Part shown: positions 18,489 to 28,047 of the stretch, piece by piece
How positions within the stretch are numbered: the stretch's first letter is position 1
Layout of the letters: every line of letters starts with the position of its first letter
Origin: Gaiella sp.
GTDB lineage: Bacteria > Actinomycetota > Thermoleophilia > Gaiellales > Gaiellaceae
Direction of reading: 5' to 3'
DNA: 64,000 bases
NCBI GenBank assembly: GCA_046160185.1
Contig: JBJXGY010000208.1
Span: forward strand, 1,843 to 65,842
The notes under the pieces: model-generated
Told to the model about the DNA's origin: nothing
Databases searched by the model: none
Seen by the model: the letters and a program-made list of their open reading frames with translations, nothing else
Program-made: the position numbers and the translations under genes

Positions 18489-19475
18489 GTGCTCGCGCAC
18501 ATCGCCGACACCGAGGCCTCGGAACGGATGGACATGTCGGGGCGCTACCGGGAGCTGGGGCTGGAGGTCAGCCTGGGCACGCGCTTCTCGACTCCGGCGG
18601 CGGAGATGGCCGCAGAGGTCGGGAGGGCCGCGATCCTGGCGGTGGCGCTCGGCCGTGCCGATGCAGCCGTGATCGCGGCGGCGCCGGAGTTGCGGCTGAT
18701 CGTCAAGTGCGGGATCGGCACCGAGAACATCGACCTGGAGGCCGCGCGGGCTCGCGGCGTCGGGGTCGTCCGCACGGCCGGCGTCAACGTGCTGGGCGCC
18801 GCCGAGTACGTGATCGCGGTGGCCTTGCAGTACAGCCGCCGGCTTGTCGAGCTTGACCGCGCCGTGCGCGCTGCGCGCTGGGTGGAGACGAGGCTGGCCT
18901 GGTCCGGCCTCGTCGGCTCCCTCACCGGCAAGACGCTCGGCATCGTCGGGCTCGGCGCGATCGGGCGCGAGGTCGCGCGCCTGGCGACAGCCCACGGGAT
19001 GCAGGTGCTGGCGGCCGACCCCTTCCTCGACGAGGCGGCCGCCGCAGCGGCCGGAGCCGTGCTCGTGCCGCTCGAGGTCCTGCTCCCGGCGTCCGACGTC
19101 GTCAGCGTCCACGTCGTGCTCGACGATTCGACGCACCACCTCGTGGGCCGGGAGCAGTTCGCGCAAATGAAGCCGACGGCGCTGTTCGTGAACGCCTCGC
19201 GGGGTGGCGTCGTCGATACTGCGGCGCTGCACGAGGCGCTCCGGACCGGCACCATTGCGCACGCCGCAATCGACGTGCTCGAGCAGGAGCCGCCGGGCGA
19301 CGATCACCCGCTGCTCGCGCTCGACAACGTGACGCTGAGCCCGCATCTCGCCGGCTGCACCGACCACGGTTTCGCAGAAATCGGCGCCAAGGCCACCGAG
19401 CTGACGCGCGCGTGGATCGCCGGCGAGGAACTGCCCTCGGCGTGCACTCTCGTCGCTCCCGGTCGACCGGCGTGA
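18489..19475 (+). CDS. D-isomer-specific 2-hydroxyacid dehydrogenase (PGDH-like)
   Basis: NAD motif GKTLGIVGLGAIGREVA and the conserved C-terminal catalytic region (NASRGGVVD...HLAG). Confidence 0.85.
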   Translation: MLAHIADTEASERMDMSGRYRELGLEVSLGTRFSTPAAEMAAEVGRAAILAVALGRADAAVIAAAPELRLIVKCGIGTENIDLEAARARGVGVVRTAGVNVLGAAEYVIAVALQYSRRLVELDRAVRAARWVETRLAWSGLVGSLTGKTLGIVGLGAIGREVARLATAHGMQVLAADPFLDEAAAAAAGAVLVPLEVLLPASDVVSVHVVLDDSTHHLVGREQFAQMKPTALFVNASRGGVVDTAALHEALRTGTIAHAAIDVLEQEPPGDDHPLLALDNVTLSPHLAGCTDHGFAEIGAKATELTRAWIAGEELPSACTLVAPGRPA

Positions 19476-20287
19476 GCGAGCCGGCGGAAGTACTCAAAGA
19501 CCTCTGGGGGCTGGACGGACGTGTTGCGCTGGTCACGGGCGCAAGCAGAGGCATCGGGCGCGCGATCTGCATCGACCTGGCCCGCCACGGCGCGGCAGTG
19601 GCCTGCGTCTCACGTGCGCCGGAGGCGACGGAGGAGACCGCGGCGGCGTGCCGCGCCACCGGAGCGAAGGCGATCGCGGTGCTGGCCGACATCCGGGATC
19701 CTGCCGCCCGGCGCGAGGCGGTGGCCTGCTGCGTGTCCAGCCTCGGCGGCCTGAATGTCCTGGTCAACAACGCCGGGATCGCCCGTTCGGGCGGCGCGGC
19801 GGCGGAGTCTGACGACGGGTGGAGCGACGTGCTGGCCACGAACCTCACCGCGCCTTTCGCCCTGACTCGGGACAGCGTCGCCCACCTCCAGCGGGGCGGC
19901 AGAGGCTCGGTCGTCCACGTCGGGTCCGTGATGGGGGAGACAACAGCGCGAGAGCTCACCGCCTATTGCGCCGCCAAGGGCGGCCTTCATCACCTTACGC
20001 GCCAGCAGGCGAACGAACTCGCTCCGCTCGGCATACGCGTGAACTGCGTCGCGCCGGGGTTCATCCGCACCGACATGTTCGAGCACGGCCATCCCGAGGC
20101 GCGGAAGCAGCACATCGCGCGCCTTCATCCCCTCGATCGCGTCGGCGAGGCAAGCGAGGTGGCGGCCGCCGTCACCTTCCTGGCCGGTGACCGGGCATCG
20201 TTCGTGACCGGAGCCTGCCTGCCCGTTGACGGGGGACTGCTCACCCAGTTCGGCTTCGATCTCCAGGCGACCGGGGCGGCCGGATGA
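19472..20287 (+). CDS. SDR family oxidoreductase
   Basis: TGASRGIG and YCAAKGG motifs. GTGA overlap with the preceding gene. Confidence 0.85.
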   Translation: MSEPAEVLKDLWGLDGRVALVTGASRGIGRAICIDLARHGAAVACVSRAPEATEETAAACRATGAKAIAVLADIRDPAARREAVACCVSSLGGLNVLVNNAGIARSGGAAAESDDGWSDVLATNLTAPFALTRDSVAHLQRGGRGSVVHVGSVMGETTARELTAYCAAKGGLHHLTRQQANELAPLGIRVNCVAPGFIRTDMFEHGHPEARKQHIARLHPLDRVGEASEVAAAVTFLAGDRASFVTGACLPVDGGLLTQFGFDLQATGAAG

Positions 20288-22329
20288 CGCAAGCCACGCG
20301 TGTCCTCGTGGGCGTCGACACCGGCGGGACGTTCACCGACCTGGTCGCACTCGACGACGGGGGGCGTCTGCTCGTCGCGAAGGTGCCGTCCACCCCGCCG
20401 GCCTTCGAGGAGGGCATCGTCGCCACACTGGCAGCGGCGGCGCTCACGGGGTCGGATGTCGAGTTCTTCGCGCACGGGACGACAGCCACCACGAACGCGA
20501 TCATCACGAAGAGCGGGGCGCGCACGGCGCTCGTCACCACGTCGGGCTTTCGGGACGTGCTCGAGCTGCGCCGTCACAACCGCGAGGATCTGTACGACAT
20601 CTACTGGGATCCCCCCGAGCCTCTCGTCCGGCGGCGGGACAGACTGGAGGTGGAGGAACGGGTCGCCTACGACGGGCAGGTGGTGACTCCGCTCGACGAG
20701 GCAGCAGCCCGGGAGGCGGCAGCGCTCCTGGCGAGGCGCGGCGTGGAGGCCGTCGCGGTGGTGTTCCTCCACAGCTACGCCAACGCAACACACGAAGAGC
20801 AGGTGCGGGAGATCCTGGCGGAGGCGCTGCCGGAGACGTACATCGTGACCTCGTCCTCCTTGCTTCCCGAGGAGCAGGAGTTCGAGCGCACGGCGACGAC
20901 CGTCGCCAACGCCTACCTCGGCCCGATCCTGCGCGGCTACGTGACACGTCTCGCTTCCGCGCTCGAGACGACCGGGTTCGCGGGCGGCCTGTTCGTGATG
21001 CATTCCGGCGGCGGTCTGATGCCGGCGGACTCGATCGCTCGCGTGCCTGCACGGACGGTGACCTCGGGGCCGGCTGCCGGGGTGATCGCGGCGGCAGGGA
21101 TCGGCGCGGCCGCGGGCCGGCGAAACCTCTTGACGATCGACGTCGGCGGTACGAGCGCAGACATCGCAACCGTCCGCGACGGGGTCGTGCGCCTGACGCG
21201 GCAGTTCAGCCCGGAGTTCGGACTCCCGATTCGCTTCCCCGCGATCGACCTGGTGACGATGGGCGCAGGGGGCGGCTCCATCGCCTGGCTCGACCCGGCC
21301 GGGTCACCCAGGGTGGGCCCCCGTAGCGCGGGTGCCGTCCCCGGGCCTGCGGCGTACGGGCGTGGTGGCACCGACGCCACGGTGACCGACGCGAACATCG
21401 TGCTCGGCCGCCTCACCCCCGGACGCGCACTCGCCGGCGGGCTCGAGCTCGCTCCCGAGCTCGCCCGGGCCGCAGTCTCGCGCTTCGGTGAACGGCTCGG
21501 TCTGGGCGTCGAAGAGGCGGCAGCCGGGATCATCCGCATCGCGAACGCGAACATGGCTCGCTGGCTGCGGGTCGTCACCGTGGAGCGCGGGCTCGACCCC
21601 CGCGAGTTCACCCTGTTCGCGTTCGGCGGCGCAGGACCGATGCATGCCGTCGATCTCGCACGCGACTTGGAGGTGCCCGAAGTGCTCGTGCCGCTCCATC
21701 CGGGCGTCACGTCGGCGCTCGGCTTGCTCTTCTCGGACGTCGTGCACGATTACTCGGCGACGCTCGTCTGCCGCGAGGATCGCCTTCTGGGCGGGTCGCT
21801 CGACGATCTTCTCGCCGGGCTCGAAGCACACGCGAGCGAGGACCTCGAGCGTGACGGGTTCGCACCTGAGGCCAGATCCGTGGCGCGTCTGCTCGACCTC
21901 CGTTTCGTGGGACAGATTCGGGCACTGACGGTGCCCCTGGACGCCCGCACGGTCGATGAGCAGTGGCCGGAGGTGCGGGCCGCCTTCCTCTTGGAGTACG
22001 AGGCGAGATACCAGTACGTTCCGGACGATCTCGCGCTCGAGGTGTGCGCGGCGAGGGTCCGCGCGAACGGGCAGATCCCCCACCCCGAGCTCGAGCAGGT
22101 CGGAGCCGCGAACGGTCCCCCGGTTCCGATCGGGGCGCGCCCGGTGTGGTTCGACGGCGGCCTCGTCGAGACCACGATCTTCGCCCGCGACGGCCTCCGG
22201 GCGAGCCAGCATCTGGTCGGGCCGGCCCTCGTGGAACAACTCGACACGACCACGGTGCTGCCACCGGGCGTGCGTGCGGAGGTCGACGTCTTCGGCAACC
22301 TCCTGATCCGCACACAGGAGGCCGTATGA
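20284..22329 (+). CDS. hydantoinase/oxoprolinase family protein, A-type subunit (HyuA-like)
   Basis: N-terminal GVDTGGTFTD (ASKHA ATPase fold), 681 aa. ATGA overlap with the preceding gene. Confidence 0.88.
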   Translation: MTQATRVLVGVDTGGTFTDLVALDDGGRLLVAKVPSTPPAFEEGIVATLAAAALTGSDVEFFAHGTTATTNAIITKSGARTALVTTSGFRDVLELRRHNREDLYDIYWDPPEPLVRRRDRLEVEERVAYDGQVVTPLDEAAAREAAALLARRGVEAVAVVFLHSYANATHEEQVREILAEALPETYIVTSSSLLPEEQEFERTATTVANAYLGPILRGYVTRLASALETTGFAGGLFVMHSGGGLMPADSIARVPARTVTSGPAAGVIAAAGIGAAAGRRNLLTIDVGGTSADIATVRDGVVRLTRQFSPEFGLPIRFPAIDLVTMGAGGGSIAWLDPAGSPRVGPRSAGAVPGPAAYGRGGTDATVTDANIVLGRLTPGRALAGGLELAPELARAAVSRFGERLGLGVEEAAAGIIRIANANMARWLRVVTVERGLDPREFTLFAFGGAGPMHAVDLARDLEVPEVLVPLHPGVTSALGLLFSDVVHDYSATLVCREDRLLGGSLDDLLAGLEAHASEDLERDGFAPEARSVARLLDLRFVGQIRALTVPLDARTVDEQWPEVRAAFLLEYEARYQYVPDDLALEVCAARVRANGQIPHPELEQVGAANGPPVPIGARPVWFDGGLVETTIFARDGLRASQHLVGPALVEQLDTTTVLPPGVRAEVDVFGNLLIRTQEAV

Positions 22330-22345
22330 GACGCTGGAGGCGGCT

Positions 22346-24136
22346 GTGAGCGCAGGGCGTAGAAGTCCACAGATCGACCCGATCACGTTCGAAGTGCTGA
22401 ACAACGCGTTCCGCTCGATCGTGGACGAGATGGGAGCACTGCTGCAGACGGTGGCGTTCTCGCTCGTCGTCAGTGAAGGCCGGGACTATTCCGGCACGAT
22501 CTGCACCGCGAGCGGCGATCTCGTCTCTTCGGGCTCGACCGATCTGCCCGCCCACCTGGGCACCATCCCCTTCACGCTCAAAGGGTTGCTCGAATGGATC
22601 GACGCCCCCGCCGCCGAGTGGTTCGAGCCCGGCGACCTGGCGATCATCAACGACGCCTACATCGGCGGGACCCACAACAACGACGTGCGAATCGTGATGC
22701 CCGTGTGGCACGACGGCGAGATCATCGCGTTCGTCCAGAACAGCGCACACTGGACGGACATCGGTGGCGGCGTCCCCGGCACCTTCGATCCCAACGCCCG
22801 CAGCTCACACGGGGAGGGGCTGATCATCCCGCCGCTCAAGCTGGTTCGCCGGGGCGAGCTGGATCGTGACCTGGTCCGCATGATCCTGCGCAACGTCCGC
22901 ATGCCCGAGCTTGCGTACGGAGACCTGCTGGCCCAGGTCGGTGCGTCGAGGCTCGGCGCCAGGCGCCTGCTCGAACTCGTCGACCGGCACGGACGCGACC
23001 TCGTCCTCGCGGAGATGCAGGCGCTGATCGCGCACTCCGAGAAGCGGTTGCGCACCGAGCTCTCGGCGCTTCCCGACGGCACGTGGTCCTGGGACGCGAA
23101 GATCGACCGGGATCCCGGCGCGGACGACGACGATCCGCGCTGGGTCTGCCTCGACCTGAGCATCGCAGGCGATCGGATGACCCTCGACTTCAGCCGCTCG
23201 AGCCCGCAGTGCAAGGGGGCGATCAACGGGCCGCGGGCCGTCCTCGGAGCCGCGGCGGTGGCGGCGTTGAAAGCCGTGTTCGCCGACGTGCCGATGAACC
23301 AGGGGCTGTTCAACGCCGTCGAGTTCGTGGCGCCGCCGGGCCTGATCGTGACGGCGGAGTATCCGGCACCGATCAGCGGCATGGCGGGCACCTGCTACCC
23401 GTCGATCATCGACTGCGTGCTCGGCTGCCTGATCCAGATCACGCCGGAGCGGTCGATGGCGGGCATGTGCGGCCTGTGCAACATCGTCTTCGGCGGCTAC
23501 GACCCGCGACCCGGGTACGAGCGTGAATTCGTCAGCTACGTGTGGCTCGAGGGCGGCTGGGGCGGCCGCCCCGCGAAGAAGGACAACCACACGGCGATGA
23601 CCCTCTTCGGCTCGAGCGCCACCAACCAGCCGGTGGAGATGCAGGAGCGGGTCTTCCCGGTGCGGTACGACTGCTACCGCTACGAGCCAGACTCCGCCGG
23701 TGCGGGCCGACATCGGGGCGGCTTCGGTGTCACGCGTCAGTGGCGCCTGACCCACGCCGATGCCGTGATCTCCGACATCGGCGACCGCGAGACCCGAGGC
23801 TCCTGGGGGTTCGCCGGCGGACAGGACAGCCTGCCGAACAGCTTCGTGTACGCACCGGGCACCGAGGAGGAGGAGTCCATCGGCATGTTCCGCACCGGCA
23901 TGCGTGTCCGCCGCGATCGGCCCATGCGCTACCACCACTCCGGGGGCGGCGGCTACGGGCCGCCGGAAGAGCGGCCGCCTGCATGGGTGCTGGACGACGT
24001 GGTCGACGGCCTCGTCTCCGTGGCGGCAGCCGAGTCGGTGTATCGGGTCGCGATCGTCGAGGCCGCCTCCGATCCCTACGGGTTCGTGCTGGACGAGACG
24101 CGGACCGCCGATCTGCGGCGGCAGGCGGCGTCGTGA
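22346..24136 (+). CDS. hydantoinase B/oxoprolinase family protein (HyuB-like)
   Basis: The N-terminus IDPITFEVLNNAFRSIVDEMG is typical of B subunits. GGAGG RBS lies upstream of GTG 22346. Confidence 0.88.
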   Translation: MSAGRRSPQIDPITFEVLNNAFRSIVDEMGALLQTVAFSLVVSEGRDYSGTICTASGDLVSSGSTDLPAHLGTIPFTLKGLLEWIDAPAAEWFEPGDLAIINDAYIGGTHNNDVRIVMPVWHDGEIIAFVQNSAHWTDIGGGVPGTFDPNARSSHGEGLIIPPLKLVRRGELDRDLVRMILRNVRMPELAYGDLLAQVGASRLGARRLLELVDRHGRDLVLAEMQALIAHSEKRLRTELSALPDGTWSWDAKIDRDPGADDDDPRWVCLDLSIAGDRMTLDFSRSSPQCKGAINGPRAVLGAAAVAALKAVFADVPMNQGLFNAVEFVAPPGLIVTAEYPAPISGMAGTCYPSIIDCVLGCLIQITPERSMAGMCGLCNIVFGGYDPRPGYEREFVSYVWLEGGWGGRPAKKDNHTAMTLFGSSATNQPVEMQERVFPVRYDCYRYEPDSAGAGRHRGGFGVTRQWRLTHADAVISDIGDRETRGSWGFAGGQDSLPNSFVYAPGTEEEESIGMFRTGMRVRRDRPMRYHHSGGGGYGPPEERPPAWVLDDVVDGLVSVAAAESVYRVAIVEAASDPYGFVLDETRTADLRRQAAS

Positions 24137-24876
24137 CCGAGGTGGCCGTGGTCACGGGCGCGGCCTCGGGGATCGGTGAGGCGGTCGCCGAGGAGCTCCT
24201 CGCCTGGGACGACACCCTGGTGCTGGTATCGCTCGACCTGGCGACTGCCTCGCGCCTGGAGGAGCGCCACGGCCACGCTCGCGTACGCTCGTTCCTCGTC
24301 GACGTCGCCGATCATGCTGCCGTCGAGACCGCGGTCGCCCGAGCAGAGGCGGACGCCGGCCGACCGACCATGCTCGTGTGCTCCGCGGGGATCCAGCTGT
24401 ACGGCGACTCGGCAACGATGCCGCGGGAGGACTTCGATCGTGTGGTGGACATCAACCTCGGAGGCGTCTTCAACGCGTGCCAGGCTGTCGGGCGGCGCAT
24501 GATCGCCGGTGGGCGCGGCTCCATCGTCAACATCTCCTCGATCTCCATGCACTTCGGCTTCCCCAAGCGCCTGCCCTACATCACCGCCAAGGGCGGCATC
24601 GGCGGACTGACGCAGGTGCTCGCCGTGGAATGGGCACCGCACGGACTACGGGTGAACGCGATCGCCCCCGGGATGATCGAGACCCCGCTGGTGCGGCAGG
24701 TGTTCGACGAGGGACTTGTCTCCCGCGAGGACGCAGCCGCCCATCACGCGCTCGGACGCGTCGGCACGCCTTCAGAGGTGGCCAAGGTCGTGCGCTTCCT
24801 GCTCTCGGAGGACGCCTCGTTCGTGACGGGCGAGATCGTGAACGTCGACGGGGGTTTCCGCCTGAAGAAGATCTGA
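24133..24876 (+). CDS. SDR family oxidoreductase
   Basis: TGAASGIG and YITAKGG motifs. GTGA overlap with HyuB. Confidence 0.85.
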   Translation: MTEVAVVTGAASGIGEAVAEELLAWDDTLVLVSLDLATASRLEERHGHARVRSFLVDVADHAAVETAVARAEADAGRPTMLVCSAGIQLYGDSATMPREDFDRVVDINLGGVFNACQAVGRRMIAGGRGSIVNISSISMHFGFPKRLPYITAKGGIGGLTQVLAVEWAPHGLRVNAIAPGMIETPLVRQVFDEGLVSREDAAAHHALGRVGTPSEVAKVVRFLLSEDASFVTGEIVNVDGGFRLKKI

Positions 24877-24893
24877 GCTGAGGGGTCGCTCCC

Positions 24894-27359
24894 CTATCTG
24901 GGCCGGTGCGAGCGGAACCAGAAGACCTGCTGGAAGGTCGGCCTGTTGGTGCCGCGCATGGTTCTCGGCAGGATGCCTGGGCTGAAGCGGATGCGCTCGG
25001 CGGTGGCGTCCGCCCGCCAGGCGCCCGGGGTTGTGCCCTGCGCCTGCTCCAGCGACGCCGCCGCGGTGTCGATCGCCCTCCACAAAGCCGCCGAGCAATC
25101 CGCGACGTTCCCTTTGCCGCAGAAGCGCGTGGTGAACGCGCCCTTGACGGGGCGGCCGAGCAGAGAGCGCAGGTCCTTGTCCAGCCACGACCACCAGCCG
25201 TCGTAGAAGGCGCTGCCGCCGGGGTTCAGCGGCTGGTTGCGTCCCACGAGCTTCGCCAGCTCGCCCGTGAGGGGTCCGAGCACGGGCTCGAACGCCGCGT
25301 CGAGGATCCCTGTCCACGACGCGTCGAGCACCGCGGCGCCCGGATCGTCGATCTTGCCGTCGAGTTCGATGTCGAGCCGGGTGGAGCCGGCCGCGACCCA
25401 GGCATCGACGAGCGCGGCCGCCGCCCTCGCCCGGCCTGTGGCGGCGGGTGAGGCCAGCCCCTGGTCGAGCACCTGCCTGATCACCGGCCAGGCCCGCACC
25501 GCACGCAGGTCCTGCGTGGCCGCGAGGTTCATGGCGCCGACCAGCGAGGCGAGCGTGTGCACCTTCCGCGTCTGCACCTGCTCCCACAGCAGGTCGACGC
25601 GCTGCACCGAGCCCCACGTCCATTCGGCGTCGGCGGCGCCGAAACCACGCGCCGGCTTGTTGTTCCAGTTGAGGATGGCGCCGCTCTTGGGATTGATCAC
25701 CTGCGGGTGCGCCTTCGCCGGCATGAAGCCCGTCCACTCGTACTCCCCCGTGCCTTTCACCGGCAGCCCGGAATCGACGGTGCTCGGCCGCACCGGGAAG
25801 CGCCCGGCCGTGGCCTGCGCGATATCGCGATCGTCGGCGTACAGCCAGTTGAAGGTCAGCTCGAACGCGGTCGCCGCCTTCACGAACTCCTGGGCGGAGC
25901 GGATCCTGTTCGTGGAGAGGTCTATGAAGAACGGCGTCGCGAGGAGCTCGCGTCCCCGTGTCGAGCGCCGCTGGCTGATCGCGACCTTCACGCCGCCGAC
26001 GGTGGCGTAACCCAGCACCGGGCCGTGCACGGTCTCGCGGTACACCAGCCGCTGCTCAGCGGTGCCGGGGGCGCCGCGCAGCGTACCGGCGTCGAACACC
26101 GTCATCTCGCGGCACTGACCCTTGTGCAGGTACTTCGTGTCGCTCCCGTCGCAGAGCGTCTCGGCGTACTGATCGACGAGGTCGCCGCTCGCAGAGGTCG
26201 CGCTCCACACGTAGTCGAGCCCGCGCCCGAGCAGCACCGCGAACGAGATGCCGGGAAAGGCCGCGCCACGCGAGGCGAACCCTCCGCCCTGGAGATCGAG
26301 CTCCATCAGGATGCCGGGGTAGTAGTGGCCGACCTGGGGCCCTGCCACGACAAGCGGGTGCTCTGTAGCCGACCGGCCCGAGGTGAGGAGCAACGCGTTC
26401 GACATCTGCATGCGTGACGTGCGCGCGCTGCCGGAGGTCGGTCCGGCCGACGTGAAGCTGCCGGCGTCGATGACCACGTTGCCGAGCTCGCTTCTGGGCC
26501 GCCCCAGGTAGGGGAAGGTGCCCTCGACGGCAACCCGCGCCTCCGGGTCGTCCCGCTGGCGGAGGTCCTCCCAGACCTGCCTGCCGCCCTCGTCGCCGAG
26601 CTGCTTCTGCAGGAGCGCGAGGAAGTTGGCGCGCCGCCATTCGTCTCCGCCGCCGGCGCCGAACACACCGCCGATCAAACCGGCGATGCCGACGACGTCC
26701 GCGCGCGTCCACGGCGCGAGCGGGAAGCCCGCCTTCTTGTAGTAGGCGTTGATCCCGGCGACGTAGGCGTCGATGATGCGGACGGCCCGCTGTCCCTCAG
26801 GACCGCTCGCTGCGAGCAGCCTGAACTGCGCGGTCAACCTCGCCTCGGTGGCTGCCGAGGGGACGAACAGCTTGCCGGAGAGCGCGGCCGCGAACGCATC
26901 GAGCCCGGGGACGTCGAGCGCGGCGATACGACCCGGGCCGCGCATCAGCTCGATCAGGAGCTGGCGATCCTGCGCGGTCACCCAGCCGGCGCCGTAGGCG
27001 ACGTCGACGTCGCGCTTCCCGGTGATGTGCGGCACCTGCCAGCGATCGCGGCGGATGACGAGGCCCGGTCGCGGCCGCTCCGTCGAGACGGCGCGCTCGT
27101 TGCCGAGCCCGAGCGTGGCGCGTTTGAAGTGCCGCTGGATCTGCGTGTCGGTGATCTTGTCGCGCAGGGGCGTAAGGCCGTCGTACAACGCGATCTGGTC
27201 GGTGGAGCTCTTGGTGAAGGCAACGCCCCCCGCCTGCCCGGGCGGCAGCACGTTCCAGGCCTGGGCGGCATGGTCGGGCGTGGCGGAGTTGACGCCGGCG
27301 GCCGCGACCGCTCCCGCGACGAGCGCGGCAACCACGGTCACCCCACGGGCCCACTTCAT
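24894..27359 (-). CDS. penicillin acylase family protein (Ntn hydrolase), secreted
   Basis: Signal-peptide-like N-terminus, 821 aa, and internal SNALLL consistent with the beta-subunit Ser nucleophile. Confidence 0.8.
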   Translation of the reverse strand: MKWARGVTVVAALVAGAVAAAGVNSATPDHAAQAWNVLPPGQAGGVAFTKSSTDQIALYDGLTPLRDKITDTQIQRHFKRATLGLGNERAVSTERPRPGLVIRRDRWQVPHITGKRDVDVAYGAGWVTAQDRQLLIELMRGPGRIAALDVPGLDAFAAALSGKLFVPSAATEARLTAQFRLLAASGPEGQRAVRIIDAYVAGINAYYKKAGFPLAPWTRADVVGIAGLIGGVFGAGGGDEWRRANFLALLQKQLGDEGGRQVWEDLRQRDDPEARVAVEGTFPYLGRPRSELGNVVIDAGSFTSAGPTSGSARTSRMQMSNALLLTSGRSATEHPLVVAGPQVGHYYPGILMELDLQGGGFASRGAAFPGISFAVLLGRGLDYVWSATSASGDLVDQYAETLCDGSDTKYLHKGQCREMTVFDAGTLRGAPGTAEQRLVYRETVHGPVLGYATVGGVKVAISQRRSTRGRELLATPFFIDLSTNRIRSAQEFVKAATAFELTFNWLYADDRDIAQATAGRFPVRPSTVDSGLPVKGTGEYEWTGFMPAKAHPQVINPKSGAILNWNNKPARGFGAADAEWTWGSVQRVDLLWEQVQTRKVHTLASLVGAMNLAATQDLRAVRAWPVIRQVLDQGLASPAATGRARAAAALVDAWVAAGSTRLDIELDGKIDDPGAAVLDASWTGILDAAFEPVLGPLTGELAKLVGRNQPLNPGGSAFYDGWWSWLDKDLRSLLGRPVKGAFTTRFCGKGNVADCSAALWRAIDTAAASLEQAQGTTPGAWRADATAERIRFSPGILPRTMRGTNRPTFQQVFWFRSHRPR

Positions 27360-27396
27360 CGCGCCGGAATACTACGGCCTCCATAGGCTGCTGGCG

Positions 27397-28047
27397 ATGG
27401 ACGTCGTTGCCGCCTTCGTCGCCACGCTCGTCTCCGCCCGACTCGCCGCCGAGCTGCTGCGCCGTAGTCGTGACACGGAGGGAGCGCAGCGGCTCGCGAG
27501 CCGACTGTGGGCCGCTTCGCTCGGGTCCTTCGCGGTCGCGTGCGGCGCTCTTGCCTGGGGCGCTGCCGCCGGCTTCGACGAGCGCGCCTTCCGCGTCTAC
27601 TACCTCGCCGGTGCGCTGTTGAGCGCACCGCTCCTGGGAGCGGGCTCGCTGGTCGCGGTGCGCGGCTGGCGGGTCGGGGGAGTCGCGGCCGCCTATGCCG
27701 GCGTGGCCGTAGGCGTTGCGGTCGCGGTGCCCCTCCACGGCACGTTCCCGGGCACCACGATCCCGGAGGCGCAGGAGCACCTGGCGCTCGTCCCCGCCCG
27801 CCTGCTCGCGATCACCGGGAACTCGGTGGGCACCGCCCTCGCAGTCGCGGTGCTGGTGCTGTCGCTGAAGCGGCGACCCGTGCGTTCCATGCTCTTGCTC
27901 GTCGGGATCGGGGTGGCCGCGGCGGGGAGCGCGCTGACGGGTCTCGGCGTGGCGGAGGCGTCGGTCTCGTTCGCCGTGGCGAGCGTGCTGCTGTATGCCG
28001 GAGCCCGCTACCCGCGAGAGAGGATCCAGAGCCCGCCCAGGGTGTAG
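27397..28047 (+). CDS. hypothetical integral membrane protein (about 6 TM)
   Basis: Hydrophobic 216-aa product from ATG 27397. The longer ORF-track N-terminus overlaps the acylase gene. Its 3' end overlaps the convergent gene by 40 nt. Confidence 0.5.
   Translation: MDVVAAFVATLVSARLAAELLRRSRDTEGAQRLASRLWAASLGSFAVACGALAWGAAAGFDERAFRVYYLAGALLSAPLLGAGSLVAVRGWRVGGVAAAYAGVAVGVAVAVPLHGTFPGTTIPEAQEHLALVPARLLAITGNSVGTALAVAVLVLSLKRRPVRSMLLLVGIGVAAAGSALTGLGVAEASVSFAVASVLLYAGARYPRERIQSPPRV

Noticed and set aside
17307-19367. 686-aa ORF on the minus strand
   Set aside because: It is antisense to the Cys-rich gene and the 2-hydroxyacid dehydrogenase. It is Arg-rich, low complexity and has no recognisable motifs.
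24881-24895. Short hairpin AGGGG-tcgct-CCCCT between the convergent SDR and acylase genes
   Set aside because: The stem is only 5 bp and it overlaps the acylase stop codon. That is too weak to call a terminator.
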